DNA from: Harriotta raleighana
Lineage: Eukaryota
Length of the DNA stretch: 64,000 bases
Direction: 5' to 3'
Assembly (NCBI GenBank): GCA_050575255.1
Contig: JBNZDD010013535.1
Coordinates: 338,221 to 402,220 of the forward strand
In this document: one piece after another, positions 63,343-64,000 of the stretch
Layout: each line of letters opens with the position of its first letter
How positions within the stretch are numbered: the first letter of the stretch is position 1
Notes under the pieces: generated by a model
Databases searched by the model: none
What the model was told of the DNA's origin: nothing
Seen by the model: the letters and a program-made list of their open reading frames with translations, nothing else
Made by a program: the position numbers and the translations under genes

Positions 63343-64000
63343 TTACCTCAGCTCGGGTATTAACGCTGACCAGCTCATATTTCCCAGGTCGTAGTCCTCC
63401 TCTTCCAATCCAGTGAAACTCAGGTCCAGGAGGATTTTGCTCAGACTGTCGTTCAGGGTGTCCAGGACCAGGCCTTCAGTCAAGGACCTGTTGGCCGAGG
63501 GGCCGCCGATCGCTTGTAGCTCCCGGGATCCCCGTTCATCCTGGCCTTCTGCAAAGGGAGGGGAAAGGCTGTCGGGTTCCAGCTCCCTGACTGGTGAGTT
63601 CAACAGCTCCCGGGGTGATTCGAAGACAGCAAAATCCTTGAATGGTGTGCTGCTGAGGCTGAGGGACCCGGGATTGTTCCGCAGAGGAGTCAGGAAGGAG
63701 CCGCAGGGCGTCCTGACGGGGCTGAACTCAAAGAGGCTGTCTTTCTTCAGTGGGGTCAGACTGAACTTCCAGCCCTCCCCTCCGCCCCCAAGGGACGGAC
63801 TGTCGTCCCCCTTGCTGGGGGTAGAGGAGGCAGGCAGGTCCTGGAAAGGCTTCTCTTTGATGGGAGTTTTGAAGTTGTAATCCGCCGATGTGCTGGCAAA
63901 GTCCGAGCCCTGCTCCAGGTTCCTCGATTCGTGGAAAGTGGATAAGTCAGAGGCCAGGCCAGAATCCATGCCTGAGTCGGGGACATTTGGGAACAGGAGG
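63343..64000 (-). CDS. FOXM1: FOXM1 terminal coding exon (C-terminal transactivation domain), truncated by the window edge
   Basis: FKTPIKE..SSTPSK, ANRSLTEGLVLDTLNDSLSKILLDLSF, NMSWSALIPELR-TAA are hallmark FOXM1 C-terminal motifs; frame open to position 64000. Confidence 0.97.
   Translation of the reverse strand, partial: LLFPNVPDSGMDSGLASDLSTFHESRNLEQGSDFASTSADYNFKTPIKEKPFQDLPASSTPSKGDDSPSLGGGGEGWKFSLTPLKKDSLFEFSPVRTPCGSFLTPLRNNPGSLSLSSTPFKDFAVFESPRELLNSPVRELEPDSLSPPFAEGQDERGSRELQAIGGPSANRSLTEGLVLDTLNDSLSKILLDLSFTGLEEEDYDLGNMSWSALIPELR

Noticed and set aside
63413-63880. 155-aa plus-strand ORF
   Set aside because: It is the antisense shadow of the FOXM1 exon, with no independent motif.

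Overview
Repeat-rich vertebrate genomic DNA. The CR1/L2 LINEs and Deu-type tRNA-SINEs suggest a cartilaginous fish, possibly a chimaera (inference). Four spliced genes were rebuilt by hand from GT-AG exons, in the order I recall for human 12p13.33. (1) ITFG2, a KICSTOR subunit, on +: coding exons 2-12 at 1428-25527, exon 1 upstream of the window. (2) NRIP2 on -: complete 6-exon CDS at 50175-38058, 244 aa. (3) A divergent TEX52 on -, about 60234-58049. (4) The last coding exon and 3' UTR of FOXM1 on -, from 64000 to about 61550. Introns and intergenic DNA hold SINEs, CR1, L2 and Tx1 fragments, a fossil Gypsy integrase, pogo/Tigger-type DNA elements and microsatellites. Many single-'n' junctions flank duplicated sequence and are assembly or haplotype artefacts. 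No prokaryote-type system such as CRISPR is present, and I found no clearly new multi-gene system. The most notable points are: NRIP2's retroviral-type aspartic-protease motif reads NTG instead of DTG; a 30 x 17-bp minisatellite that grew inside a SINE upstream of NRIP2 has a CAGACA box in every unit; and an 81-bp inverted repeat brackets a Tigger element. All gene and repeat-family identifications rest on recalled motifs, not database searches.
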